DNA of 64,000 bases from a virus, in IMG/VR virus record IMGVR_UViG_3300001347_000003; one strand, given 5' to 3'. The position numbers and the translations under genes are program-made. Below are positions 26,301-35,729 of the stretch, one piece after another (within the stretch, counting starts at the first letter, position 1; every line of letters starts with the position of its first letter). A model generated the notes under the pieces. That model was given only the letters and a program-made list of their open reading frames with translations, had not been told where the DNA came from and made no database searches.

Positions 26301-27710
26301 ATGTCAACCAAAGTAACCGACTTAACGGAGTTAGCGGCAACGCCTAACAGTACAGACGTTTTACACATTGTAGACGTAAGCGATACTTCAGGAGGATCAG
26401 CAGGCACAAGTAAGAAAATTAAGGTAAGCAACCTTTTAACTAGTGGAGGCGCGGTTGATTCTGTCAATGGACAAACGGGTGTAGTAGTTCTTGAGATGAA
26501 TGATATAGATGATGTCAACGCAGCTACACCTGCGGACAATATCGTTTTATCATACGATACGGCTACAAGTAAGTACATAGCCGATACGCGACTAACTACG
26601 CTATACACAGAATTTAGAAATGGTACGGCGGTAAATGTATATGCAGACGGAACAACTGCAACGCAAGGAAGGATTGAGCTAACGGCTACAGGGGCAAATC
26701 TAAAGACAGGCGTAACAGGAATTGACGTCACAGAAACGAGTCCAGGCGATATAGATTTTACTGTAGCTACGGATGCAACGGGTAGCACAACGTTTACTGC
26801 GCTTCACTTAGACGGAACGACAGTTGCAAACGAAGCCAATCTAATTGTTAAGCTAGGATGTTTTTTAGCCATTGAAGGTACAAGCAATGCACAGGCTAAA
26901 TTTCGCAGCACAAATTCAGGCAACACACTTTACAACGTCCCTGCTTCTTCAGGAACTTTAGCTTTAACTAGTGATATTCCAAGCGTACCTGTTGATGATG
27001 TAACAGGCGGTACAGGAATTACAGCTAGTCCAACAACAGGTAACGTAGTTGTTACTTTAGACAACACAGCAGTTACACCAGGTAGTTACACGAGCGCAGA
27101 TATAACAGTAGATGCACAGGGGCGCATTACGGCAGCAGCTAACGGAAGCGGCGGGGGCGGTAGCGGAATTAAATTTTCGACAGCGTTTGGTGGGCGGTGG
27201 GAATTTGCCACAAGTGAAACAGGCGCAACTAAATGGGTAAATTTAGGCGGTTATAACGGCATGAGTTTTTATAATTGGACTAATGGTCAAACGGCAACTT
27301 TGTCTGCTGACCCACCAACGGTTGGTTCATCTACTTTAACTTTAAGTTCATATTTCTACGGTAAATATGGGTGGATCACACCTACGGCAGGAACATTAAA
27401 AATTAACGCAACCTGTAGTTGGGACACAATGACTGCGGGTGGGGCTGGTGAGGTTATGGAATGGCTTTGTTTAAAAGTTCCTGGAACTGAGTTAAACGGG
27501 ACTTTTCAAGGCTCAGTTGCAGGTACTGTTTGTGCTTATGGCTCAGTTACTTGTCCATCAAGCAACCCAAATATTAGCCCAAATTCTCTTGCCATTACAG
27601 GAGGAAGTGTATCGGCAGGCGATGTTATAATGACATTAGCACGTTTTAAAAATGCTACATTTACTTCCACACAATATATTCAAAGTAACGTATCATTTAC
27701 AGTAGAATGA
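26301..27710 (+). CDS. Fibre protein (tail or collar)
   Basis: Thr/Gly/Ser-rich; VDSVNGQTGVV and TPGSYTSADITVDAQGRITAAANG fibre motifs. Confidence 0.7.
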   Translation: MSTKVTDLTELAATPNSTDVLHIVDVSDTSGGSAGTSKKIKVSNLLTSGGAVDSVNGQTGVVVLEMNDIDDVNAATPADNIVLSYDTATSKYIADTRLTTLYTEFRNGTAVNVYADGTTATQGRIELTATGANLKTGVTGIDVTETSPGDIDFTVATDATGSTTFTALHLDGTTVANEANLIVKLGCFLAIEGTSNAQAKFRSTNSGNTLYNVPASSGTLALTSDIPSVPVDDVTGGTGITASPTTGNVVVTLDNTAVTPGSYTSADITVDAQGRITAAANGSGGGGSGIKFSTAFGGRWEFATSETGATKWVNLGGYNGMSFYNWTNGQTATLSADPPTVGSSTLTLSSYFYGKYGWITPTAGTLKINATCSWDTMTAGGAGEVMEWLCLKVPGTELNGTFQGSVAGTVCAYGSVTCPSSNPNISPNSLAITGGSVSAGDVIMTLARFKNATFTSTQYIQSNVSFTVE

Positions 27711-27859
27711 GCAATCACACAAAAACACCTGAACAAATGCACTCTTTGGTAGCTGATATGTTAGCGGCTCAAACAGATGCAGAAAAAATTGTTCTTATTG
27801 AAATATTTTTACAATCGTTTGTAGATGATTTTTACGCCTTTGAAATTGAAGAGCCATGA
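27707..27859 (+). CDS. Small protein, 50 aa (not in ORF track)
   Basis: MSNHTKTPEQMHSLVADML...EIEEP; ATGA overlaps at both ends. Confidence 0.6.
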   Translation: MSNHTKTPEQMHSLVADMLAAQTDAEKIVLIEIFLQSFVDDFYAFEIEEP

Positions 27860-28062
27860 ATTACGAATTGATTAGCGTAGCGGTGGGTGCAGTCGGCGGG
27901 ATAATCGGAACTTATGTGAAGATGGAAAACGAACTGACGAAAGTAAAAAGCCGTTTGATTAGCTTAGAGAAACAAGAAACTAGGGTGCAACAATCCTTGG
28001 ATGTTTTGCTAGAAGGCGTAAACGAAATCAAATTGCTACTCGCTAAAAAAGGAATAGAATGA
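27856..28062 (+). CDS. Small membrane-anchored coiled-coil protein (holin/lysis accessory candidate)
   Basis: Hydrophobic N-terminus LISVAVGAVGGIIGTYV followed by a heptad region. Confidence 0.6.
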   Translation: MNYELISVAVGAVGGIIGTYVKMENELTKVKSRLISLEKQETRVQQSLDVLLEGVNEIKLLLAKKGIE

Positions 28063-28422
28063 ATGCAGATTAAGATGTCTACTCGCTTAGTTGTTTTGAC
28101 TAAAACAAAGGCTTTTAAAATTCCATTGGATCGCAGAGGATGGTTGCAAGGAATAAACGAAGGCAAGGTTTGGAAGGATTACAAAAGAAGCGGTTATCTT
28201 GCTCCGTTGCTTTGGTCGTTCGGTGGGTTTGTTTGTATGCGGAGAATCGCACCTACTAACGAAATACCTTCGCAACTTGTTGCAATGGTTAAAGCTACTA
28301 TTCCCGCTTTTGACATTACTAACTGTGACTTGTACCGTTTAGAAAATTGGGGCGAGTATAGGGGTTCTCGTGTACTTTTAGATTACGGCATCGACGAACG
28401 CATTTCAACAATGTACGCATGA
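28063..28422 (+). CDS. Minimal protein-kinase-like protein
   Basis: AFKIP lysine, NE glutamate, CDLYRLEN catalytic-loop-like, LLDYG DFG-like. Confidence 0.6.
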   Translation: MQIKMSTRLVVLTKTKAFKIPLDRRGWLQGINEGKVWKDYKRSGYLAPLLWSFGGFVCMRRIAPTNEIPSQLVAMVKATIPAFDITNCDLYRLENWGEYRGSRVLLDYGIDERISTMYA

Positions 28423-28508
28423 AACTACGAAGGCAATATGAAGATAGTTTTTACTTGGTAGTCGTAGGGGTAATCGGGTTGCTTTTATCTGTGCTTTATT
28501 TGCTATGA
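28419..28508 (+). CDS. 29-aa single-TM peptide (not in ORF track)
   Basis: MKLRRQYEDSFYLVVVGVIGLLLSVLYLL; ATGA overlaps at both ends. Confidence 0.55.
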   Translation: MKLRRQYEDSFYLVVVGVIGLLLSVLYLL

Positions 28509-28918
28509 GGCAGCTTAAAAAAATTATCTTGCATTGCACGGCTACCAGGGAAGGGCAAGAATTAGACATAACAACCATTGACCATTGGCACAGAAAAAGG
28601 GGATGGTCAGAAATCGGTTATCACTACGTGATTTATGCTAATGGGTTTATAGCAACCGGAAGGGACATAAGAAAAAAAGGTGCGCACGTTAAAGGAGAAA
28701 ATCATGATTCCGTAGGTGTCGCATACGTAGGGGGACTTGATCAAAATTTAGTACCAACAGACACAATGACCATGAAGCAAGAACTAGCTTTTTTGCATTT
28801 AGTAAATTCCTTACGTGTCGTGTTTGGTGAACTATCTGTACATGGACATAATGAGTATTCAAGCAAAGCCTGCCCTAGCTTTAACGTGCAGGAAAAATAT
28901 AAATTCTTAAATAAATAA
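28505..28918 (+). CDS. Endolysin, N-acetylmuramoyl-L-alanine amidase (T7 lysozyme-like)
   Basis: IILHCTAT, IGYHY, GAHVKG, GHNE...KACPSF zinc ligands. Confidence 0.92.
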   Translation: MRQLKKIILHCTATREGQELDITTIDHWHRKRGWSEIGYHYVIYANGFIATGRDIRKKGAHVKGENHDSVGVAYVGGLDQNLVPTDTMTMKQELAFLHLVNSLRVVFGELSVHGHNEYSSKACPSFNVQEKYKFLNK

Positions 28919-28920
28919 AG

Positions 28921-29085
28921 ATGGATTTTCTACTATCGAATTGGAGCGAAATCGCGCTCATTTTAATCACGGCAGGCTCAAGTTATACTGCCTTAACCGA
29001 AACAAAAGCCGACGATAAAATTTTTAATGTTTTGTCACGGATTTTGCAAGCGGTAGTTTTTGGAAAAAACCGAGGCAAGAAGTAA
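28921..29085 (+). CDS. Holin-like small protein, 54 aa (not in ORF track)
   Basis: MDFLLSNWSEIALILITAGSSYTALTETKADDKIFNVLSRILQAVVFGKNRGKK; hydrophobic helices and basic tail, after the endolysin. Confidence 0.55.
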   Translation: MDFLLSNWSEIALILITAGSSYTALTETKADDKIFNVLSRILQAVVFGKNRGKK

Positions 29086-29117
29086 CTTGTAAGCGTATTT
29101 TACGTGTTCTTTCTCTG

Positions 29118-29147
29118 AATCCCTGCCTAACGAGGTGGGGATTTTTT
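29118..29147 (+). terminator. Rho-independent terminator at the end of the late operon
   Basis: AATCCCTGCCT-AACG-AGGTGGGGATT stem (two G-U pairs) followed by a T run. Confidence 0.75.
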
Positions 29148-29166
29148 GTGCCTAAATAATTCAAAT

Positions 29167-29198
29167 GTTGCATTATTGATTACTTTACACTATATTCG
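29167..29198 (+). promoter_or_regulatory. Putative early promoter GTTG-N20-TATATTCG (also reads as TTGCAT-N17-TATATT)
   Basis: Between the terminator and the first early gene; near-match to the Bacteroidota -33/-7 consensus. Confidence 0.6.
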
Positions 29199-29892
29199 CG
29201 TTATGAAAAACAACACGATGATATACACAGAAAGAGAACTGTTTAAGCAAACAGAAGTCGAACATTTAGGTCAAGCCGACCTAATAGTATTTGATGCCGC
29301 TAATCCTCAATGCGAAGGTTACGTCCTATTAGGATGGGATGAAGTAGGGATGTTCACACAAGGCATGAAACAACCGCGTTATAGATTTCAAAAGTAAGCA
29401 ACATGAAAAACAACAAAATAGATATTTGGAGAGAAAGTCGGTGGGAGAAACGAGCGATAGACGCTTGGTCTTTGCACGAAGATTTAAAAGAATCGGGTGA
29501 TGACCCTGAATTAGAAATGATGGCAAAGTCATTGCTTGAGAAATGCGAGGCTAAACTAGCAGATTATGCAAGGCTACGACAAATACACGCTAAGACGGTA
29601 GCAGACAATTTTATGCTAGGAATACACAAATTAGTAGAAAGCATTAAGTAATGACACATTATATAGACGTAAGGGAAGGCACACATTTAGAAGTGTCTTA
29701 TAATTATTATCGGTCAGTAACATCGAACGATTACGATGTGCCGCCTGACCCTGAAGAATTTGAAATAGAAAAAATAGAGTTAGTCAGCGATTCAGGCGTT
29801 CGCATGGATATAACGAGTTTGACGGAAGACTTGTTAAACGTCTTGCGATGGGATAAAATCAACGAAGAAATCTTTAACCAACATAATTAAAA

Positions 29893-30339
29893 ATGAGCAA
29901 AATTATTCAAATGCAGTCGTGGGGCAAGCCTTGGAAAAATGACCAAGGAGTTGATTGCTTCAATTTCGAAGTGCTGCTAGACGATCAACGTAGCGCAATT
30001 GTAACCGCACAAAGCGAAACACGATGGCAAGTAGGCAACGAATGCGAAGTCTCCAAAGAATGGACAGATAAGCAAGGCAACAAACGTATGTCACTAAGCA
30101 AGCCCAAATCAGAATGGCAAAGCAAAGGAGGTGGGGGTAAGTCTGCTGAAGACCAGGTACGTATTGGCAGACAATGGGCTATCAATACATCAATTAACTA
30201 CTTGCAACTTGTCGTTACGGCCACAGGTCAAATGACACCCGATGAAATTGCTAGGGCAGCACGTATGTTTATTGATATGCGCGATGGCTTAGATGACTTT
30301 AAGTACGACCAAGTAAACAATGATGACCTGCCTTTCTAA
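29893..30339 (+). CDS. SSB-like protein (copy 2)
   Basis: Identical to 704-1150. Confidence 0.65.
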   Translation: MSKIIQMQSWGKPWKNDQGVDCFNFEVLLDDQRSAIVTAQSETRWQVGNECEVSKEWTDKQGNKRMSLSKPKSEWQSKGGGGKSAEDQVRIGRQWAINTSINYLQLVVTATGQMTPDEIARAARMFIDMRDGLDDFKYDQVNNDDLPF

Positions 30340-30516
30340 TGGGAAAACTAAAGCAAACACTTGAAGACGGGCAGACATTAGAGTATGCATACGTACATGA
30401 ACCAATGCCTGAAGACTTGAAATGGGCGATTGGTCATGCATCTAATTTTTCAAACAGCCCTGAAGAAACAAAGCAGAACGCCTTGTTATTGTTACAAACC
30501 TTAGACGAACTAAAAA

Positions 30517-30747
30517 ATGACTTTAGAAACTTTTATTAAGATTAAGTTTGGCACACAGAACAAGCTGGGCGAAGCCTTAGAAGTAGGTCAAAATACCGTG
30601 AACAGATGGTATAATAACGATCCTAAAAAATTCTTTACGCACGTACAGCAGCTTGCAAAATGGGGCGATGTACCTGTTGAAGAAGTAGTAGATATGATTG
30701 AACAACGCTGTACGGATGTTCGACACTTACAAGCTGTCCGTAAATGA
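30517..30747 (+). CDS. HTH protein (copy 2)
   Basis: Identical to 1328-1558. Confidence 0.7.
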   Translation: MTLETFIKIKFGTQNKLGEALEVGQNTVNRWYNNDPKKFFTHVQQLAKWGDVPVEEVVDMIEQRCTDVRHLQAVRK

Positions 30748-30885
30748 ATTGCGTTTGCTTAGAAAGCAACTGTATTATCTCCATGCAGAAATGACTAAGT
30801 ATAAGCGGCAAATGGTGACTGATGAATTAGCTACAATAAATCAGCGGTTACACGAGTTAACAGGAGAGCATAAATATCTACTCAA

Positions 30886-31530
30886 ATGAACAACAGAGAA
30901 TTTAAGGGCGTATGGATACCATCGGATTTATATTTAAATCAAGACTTGAATTGGACAACGAAATTAATAATCCTGGAAATTGATAATTTTAGTCGTAACG
31001 GTCTGCCTTGCTTTATAAGTAATGCTCACTTGTGCAGTCACTTACAATGCTCACAGAGTACAGTTGAAAAAGCATTGAAGGCAGCAGAAGATGCGGGATT
31101 TATAACTCGTACACGAGAGATGATTGGAGAGCATACCCGTAGAATTTTACGGATGAATACCGTAATAAATAACGGGCTGAACCCGTCAAAAACTACGGCT
31201 ACTACCCGTAAAAAAGTACGACATAATAATACAAGGAAGAATACAATTAACAAACCAATGAAAACAAGCAAGCCTAATACGCAAGAATGTTATTTGTACT
31301 TTGCAGAATTAGGAGTTGAAAATCCTCGCGACGAAGCAGAGGCATTTAAAGATTGGTATGATCAAACTGGATGGACTTTAAAAGGAGGCAACAAGATAAA
31401 AGATTGGAAAGCAACAGCGCGTAATTGGGTGCGCAGACAAAAAAAACAAAGCGATGCAACAGCTACAAAAGGATTCAAGCAAACAAATTTCAACGCTGAG
31501 AACATTAAGTCTTTCGTTACTGAAGGATAG
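30886..31530 (+). CDS. Replication initiator-like protein (copy 2)
   Basis: Identical to 1697-2341. Confidence 0.7.
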   Translation: MNNREFKGVWIPSDLYLNQDLNWTTKLIILEIDNFSRNGLPCFISNAHLCSHLQCSQSTVEKALKAAEDAGFITRTREMIGEHTRRILRMNTVINNGLNPSKTTATTRKKVRHNNTRKNTINKPMKTSKPNTQECYLYFAELGVENPRDEAEAFKDWYDQTGWTLKGGNKIKDWKATARNWVRRQKKQSDATATKGFKQTNFNAENIKSFVTEG

Positions 31531-32038
31531 CAGCATACAACTTAGCCCAACGCAAGCATGGGATGAAGGCACGAACATAAAGCAAGCCTTAGCCATTGCG
31601 CCTGAAATGGTTCGGGGTTGGATTGTGTCTGAGGTAGGGCGAATGATTAAAGAATTGAATTATAAGGTGACGATCGAGAGCGATGAAGAATTGATGTTTT
31701 GTTGCAGGTCAATTATCGAAGAGCATCCTACTTTGAAGCTAGAAGAAATACGTGTGTGCTTTAACATGATACGCAAAGGCAAATACGGAAAGATGTTCGA
31801 ACGCTTAAAGACTCCTGAGATACTGACGTGCTTGCAAACCTACCAGGGCGAAACACGCGCAGAAATTTTAGAGCAACGAGCGAAAAATAAAAAGCACGAA
31901 GCCACAGAAAAGACTGATGAGGTTTTGCAACCTTTAGGCTTAGTTGAATTGTACGACAAGTTGCAAGTAAAAGAACACGTACCAACCAAAGAAGGCATAG
32001 GTACAAGATTAAAAAAGAAAAATAAATGGGACAAATGA
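31454..32038 (+). CDS. Replication-associated protein (copy 2)
   Basis: Identical to 2265-2849. Confidence 0.5.
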   Translation: MQQLQKDSSKQISTLRTLSLSLLKDSSIQLSPTQAWDEGTNIKQALAIAPEMVRGWIVSEVGRMIKELNYKVTIESDEELMFCCRSIIEEHPTLKLEEIRVCFNMIRKGKYGKMFERLKTPEILTCLQTYQGETRAEILEQRAKNKKHEATEKTDEVLQPLGLVELYDKLQVKEHVPTKEGIGTRLKKKNKWDK

Positions 32039-32131
32039 ATGAATTAATAAGCAATTGTTGCGGCGCACCTAAATTTGGAGAATGGGAAATATGCGCTGAA
32101 TGTCTAGAACACACAGACTTTATCGAAGAAG

Positions 32132-32539
32132 ATGATGATCACGAAGAGTAAAGCCAAAGTAAAACTTGACAAGGCTTTAAGCGACTACGTGAGAAAATCA
32201 AACGCAGATGAATTTGGGCGGGCAAATTGTTTTACGTGTACAGCAAGGAAAAATTGGAAGCTATTAGATTGCGGTCATTTTATAACGCGATCAAAGATGA
32301 GTACCCGTTGGCTATATAAGCCTGAAGAGGGCATGGTCAATATGATGCCCCAATGTAAGCAATGCAATTTGACAGGCGGTCAACAGTATTTGTTTGCAAA
32401 GAGATTAGACGTAATTTACGGCGAAGGCACAGCAGATAAAATACTGCGCAAGAGCAATGAAACCACAAAATTTAGCATAGCAGAACTACAAGAGATGACT
32501 GCATACTACAATGACTTGTTTCGAAAACTTCCTGGTTAA
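32132..32539 (+). CDS. NinG-like nuclease (copy 2)
   Basis: Identical to 2943-3350. Confidence 0.8.
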   Translation: MMITKSKAKVKLDKALSDYVRKSNADEFGRANCFTCTARKNWKLLDCGHFITRSKMSTRWLYKPEEGMVNMMPQCKQCNLTGGQQYLFAKRLDVIYGEGTADKILRKSNETTKFSIAELQEMTAYYNDLFRKLPG

Positions 32540-33017
32540 AGAATACGACACCTTAAAAAGGTATGGTGACCGTTTGGTTGGCGAGGCTTGGGGACAAGAT
32601 TTGCTACACGATATGTCGATTACTTTTTTAAAGAAGGGAGATAAACTAGACAAGCTATGCACACGGAAAGAAATGCTGCCTTACATGAAACGGGCTATGC
32701 GCATTGCTAGTTGGCATGAACACGGCAAGTTTTACAAACAGTACAAAGAGTACGAAAAACGAAAAGCGAATTTAGATGTCGAGCAGGTTTCGATAAAAGA
32801 ACACGAAGTAATAGAGTTAGAAAAACAACAACTTGGAACTGTATTCACTTTGCTTGAAGAGATAAATTGGTTCGACAGAGAGATATTTAAAGCCTATTTT
32901 TTACACAGTCACACACTACAAACATTAAGCGATGCCACAGGAATTAACAGACAAACAATCTACAGAAGCATTAGGAAAGCCCAAGCGCACATCAAAGCCA
33001 AGACGAAAGAAATCTAA
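32511..33017 (+). CDS. Sigma-like factor (copy 2)
   Basis: Identical to 3322-3828. Confidence 0.65.
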   Translation: MTCFENFLVKEYDTLKRYGDRLVGEAWGQDLLHDMSITFLKKGDKLDKLCTRKEMLPYMKRAMRIASWHEHGKFYKQYKEYEKRKANLDVEQVSIKEHEVIELEKQQLGTVFTLLEEINWFDREIFKAYFLHSHTLQTLSDATGINRQTIYRSIRKAQAHIKAKTKEI

Positions 33018-34075
33018 AGGCTTAGGCGATGACATTGAAAAGTTTACGGAAGCCACAGGCATTAAAAAAGTCGTGGAGAAAGTATCGGAAATTACGGGCA
33101 AAGACTGCGGATGTAAGAAAAGAAAGGAGTATCTTAATAGAAGGTTTCCCCGTTATGATGGCATGAGCAAAGCCGATCAAAAAATATGGGTAGATGTATT
33201 GAAGCCTAAGTTTCAAGAAGGAGCGACAGTTTCATTGGCTTACCAGGAAACGTTCATTGACGTATACCAACGCACATTTGGAATCCGTTTGAAAAAAACG
33301 AATTGCGGAAAATGCGTATTAGAAAATCTAGAGCAACTAGAAAAGGCATACGCTATTAGCTGCGACAAATGAAGATACTATGTCCTGCTATACTTGACGG
33401 CTACCAACGCAGAAAGGATCGTAGCGTAAGTTTGCGCTTGCTTACCCAAGAGCAGACGAGCCAAGACCTAATGAACATTGACAGTTTGTTAGACACATTC
33501 GGCATACTGTACTTTAGGGCTGATGATTCGCCTGAAGACAGCGTACCATTTGAAGAGTTAGACAGCATAGAGTTAGACTTGTACGATAAGAAGAAGACAC
33601 AGAGCCAAAGGCTACGTGCCGTACTCTACAAGTTGTACAAGCAAGAGGGAGGGGAAGGAGAATTTAAAGACTACTACAAGGTAAAGACAGAGAAAATAAT
33701 TGAACATTTTAAAAGCAGATTACAAGATGAGTAAAGCATCAATTTTAGCGCACGAAGAAATCAAGCCCAAGAAACTATCTATTGAACAACAGATATATTC
33801 TTACCTGGAAAACAATGGCGCAACTAGTCTACAGATGATTGAGTTTCATTTGGGACTAAAGAATCAAACAGCGTCAGCAAGACTAAGCGAGATGCACGAC
33901 AAAGGCATAGTATGTTTTGATGCCTACGGTTCATATCGGGTGACGCATGATGAAACAGAAAAGAGGGAGGTAGAGTGGCTTCGAATGCGTGACAAATACG
34001 AAAAGTGGAAAAAGCAAGGTGTAAAGAATGGGTGGTTAATTAGTGACTTTGATTCCCGAACCAACAAACAATAGA

Positions 34076-34933
34076 ATGAAAACTGTGACAAGCGTAAGCG
34101 GCGGGCAATCATCAGCATATATAGCGGCAAACTACCCAAGCGATTACTTGGTATTTGCTTTGGTATGCATAGAAGACCGTAAATGCACTCCAAAGGATGC
34201 AAAACTAGTTCAAGCGGTAAGCGATCGAATTGGAAAGGAGTTTATAGCCACGGCAGAAGACGATACTATCCTGCACACAATGTTTGACCTTGAGCAATAT
34301 CTAGGCGAGTCCATTGATTGGGTCACAGGAGCTACGTTTGACGAAATCACAAGTGGAAAACACGGGAAAGTCTTACCGAGTCCTTTACGCAGATACTGTA
34401 CCGCACTTATGAAGCTGAAACCAATGTTCGAATGGTGGAGAGAAAAAATAAACGAGCCAGTTAAAATGCAGATAGGATTTCGAGCAGGAGAAGAACGAAG
34501 GGCGGCATCTCATTTTAGTAAATGCAATGCAGACGGTCTTTTAGAACAAAAGCATATTGTTGGACAGCACACAAACGGAAACAATAAATGGGCGGAAACA
34601 GCGTGGCAAAAGCCAGTTTTTCCAATGATACAGGACGGGATTTACCGCGACAAGATAGTTGAGTTTTGGAAAGACAAACCCGTTCGATTTGCAGAAAAAA
34701 ATAACTGCGTAGGATGCTTTCACAGAAACCCTATTTTGCTTCGCACTATGTTTGACAAGCACCCAAATAAAATGGAATGGTTTGCAAGTCAGGAGCGAAA
34801 CCGTACTTATCCGAACGATATATTTCTAGTAGGGAAAGAGACAACTTACGATCAGATAAAAAAACACAAACTACAGCACGCATTATCTTTCAAGGATTTC
34901 AGCGAATGCGATTCAGGACATTGCGGATTATGA
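34076..34933 (+). CDS. PAPS reductase-like protein (copy 2)
   Basis: Identical to 4887-5744. Confidence 0.75.
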   Translation: MKTVTSVSGGQSSAYIAANYPSDYLVFALVCIEDRKCTPKDAKLVQAVSDRIGKEFIATAEDDTILHTMFDLEQYLGESIDWVTGATFDEITSGKHGKVLPSPLRRYCTALMKLKPMFEWWREKINEPVKMQIGFRAGEERRAASHFSKCNADGLLEQKHIVGQHTNGNNKWAETAWQKPVFPMIQDGIYRDKIVEFWKDKPVRFAEKNNCVGCFHRNPILLRTMFDKHPNKMEWFASQERNRTYPNDIFLVGKETTYDQIKKHKLQHALSFKDFSECDSGHCGL

Positions 34934-35709
34934 CACATGGATCACTCTTTTCAGGAATTGGAGGCTTTGACCTAGCAGCTGAATGGGCAGGGTTTACTAA
35001 TGTCTTTAATTGCGAGTGGGAAGAATTCCCCCAAAAAATCCTCAAATACCATTTTCCCAATGCAGAACAATACGCAGACATACACGACTTCGACGCAACT
35101 AAGTATAATGGACGAATTGACGTTCTCAGCGGAGGTTTCCCATGTCAAGACGCAAGCATCGCTAAACAACACGGAAAAGGCCAAAAAGGACTTGAAGGCG
35201 ACAGAACAGGGTTATGGACAGAAATGGTTCGCGCCATCAAAGAAATACGACCCAAATACGTCGCCGCCGAAAACGTATCGAATATTCTCAGAACCAACAA
35301 TGGACGAGATTGGAGAACAATCCTCGGTGAATTGGATGGAATGGGGTACAATGCAGAATGGAGAGTTACAAGAGCGAGCGAAATCGGTGCCTGCCACCAC
35401 CGTTCCCGGTGCTACTTGGTTGCTTACCCCAACAGCATCCGACTCAATGAGGGAGAATCTTTCTTCTCCAATGTACTTCAAGAGATACCGCAGAAGCGCA
35501 GGCTCTTTGCCGGAACATCTGCATCGGTTGGGGTTTCGTGGGAAACTGAACCCGTTGTTTCCGGGTTGGATGATGGGCTTCCCCAAGAACTGGACGGCAT
35601 TACCTTTCCAAAGTGGAGAAGAGAATCAATCAAAGCATACGGAAATGCCATAGTGCCACAAGTAGCACATCGTATATTTGAATCTATCAAAGAGTACGAA
35701 CACCTGTAA
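34930..35709 (+). CDS. C5 DNA methyltransferase alpha (copy 2)
   Basis: Identical to 5741-6520. Confidence 0.92.
   Translation: MTHGSLFSGIGGFDLAAEWAGFTNVFNCEWEEFPQKILKYHFPNAEQYADIHDFDATKYNGRIDVLSGGFPCQDASIAKQHGKGQKGLEGDRTGLWTEMVRAIKEIRPKYVAAENVSNILRTNNGRDWRTILGELDGMGYNAEWRVTRASEIGACHHRSRCYLVAYPNSIRLNEGESFFSNVLQEIPQKRRLFAGTSASVGVSWETEPVVSGLDDGLPQELDGITFPKWRRESIKAYGNAIVPQVAHRIFESIKEYEHL
35000..35653 (+). CDS. Nested methyltransferase beta polypeptide (copy 2)
   Basis: Identical to 5811-6464. Confidence 0.72.
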   Translation: MSLIASGKNSPKKSSNTIFPMQNNTQTYTTSTQLSIMDELTFSAEVSHVKTQASLNNTEKAKKDLKATEQGYGQKWFAPSKKYDPNTSPPKTYRIFSEPTMDEIGEQSSVNWMEWGTMQNGELQERAKSVPATTVPGATWLLTPTASDSMRENLSSPMYFKRYRRSAGSLPEHLHRLGFRGKLNPLFPGWMMGFPKNWTALPFQSGEENQSKHTEMP

Positions 35710-35729
35710 ATAACAGAAAAAAAACAGAC

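Larger units (their letters stand above)
1..29189 (+). mobile_element. Complete tailed phage genome, copy 1 (29,189 bp unit; siphovirus-like, probable Bacteroidota host)
   Basis: Contains terminase, portal, capsid, tail, tape measure and amidase genes; the sequence at 29190 restarts identically to position 1 (ctatattcgcgttatgaaaaac). Confidence 0.95.

Noticed and set aside
140-28275. All minus-strand ORFs in the track (e.g. 2572-2925, 6023-6397, 6498-6917, 19948-20352, 26294-26788)
   Set aside because: They lie antisense to well-supported plus-strand genes, have shadow-like composition and show no motifs
1-29189. Alternative genetic code or stop-codon reassignment
   Set aside because: Standard-code ORFs already tile the genome almost without gaps, and TAA, TGA and TAG all occur at coupled gene ends
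29146-29202. Extended start (83 aa) of the first early gene
   Set aside because: It starts at a GTG just after the terminator T-run and spans the promoter motif
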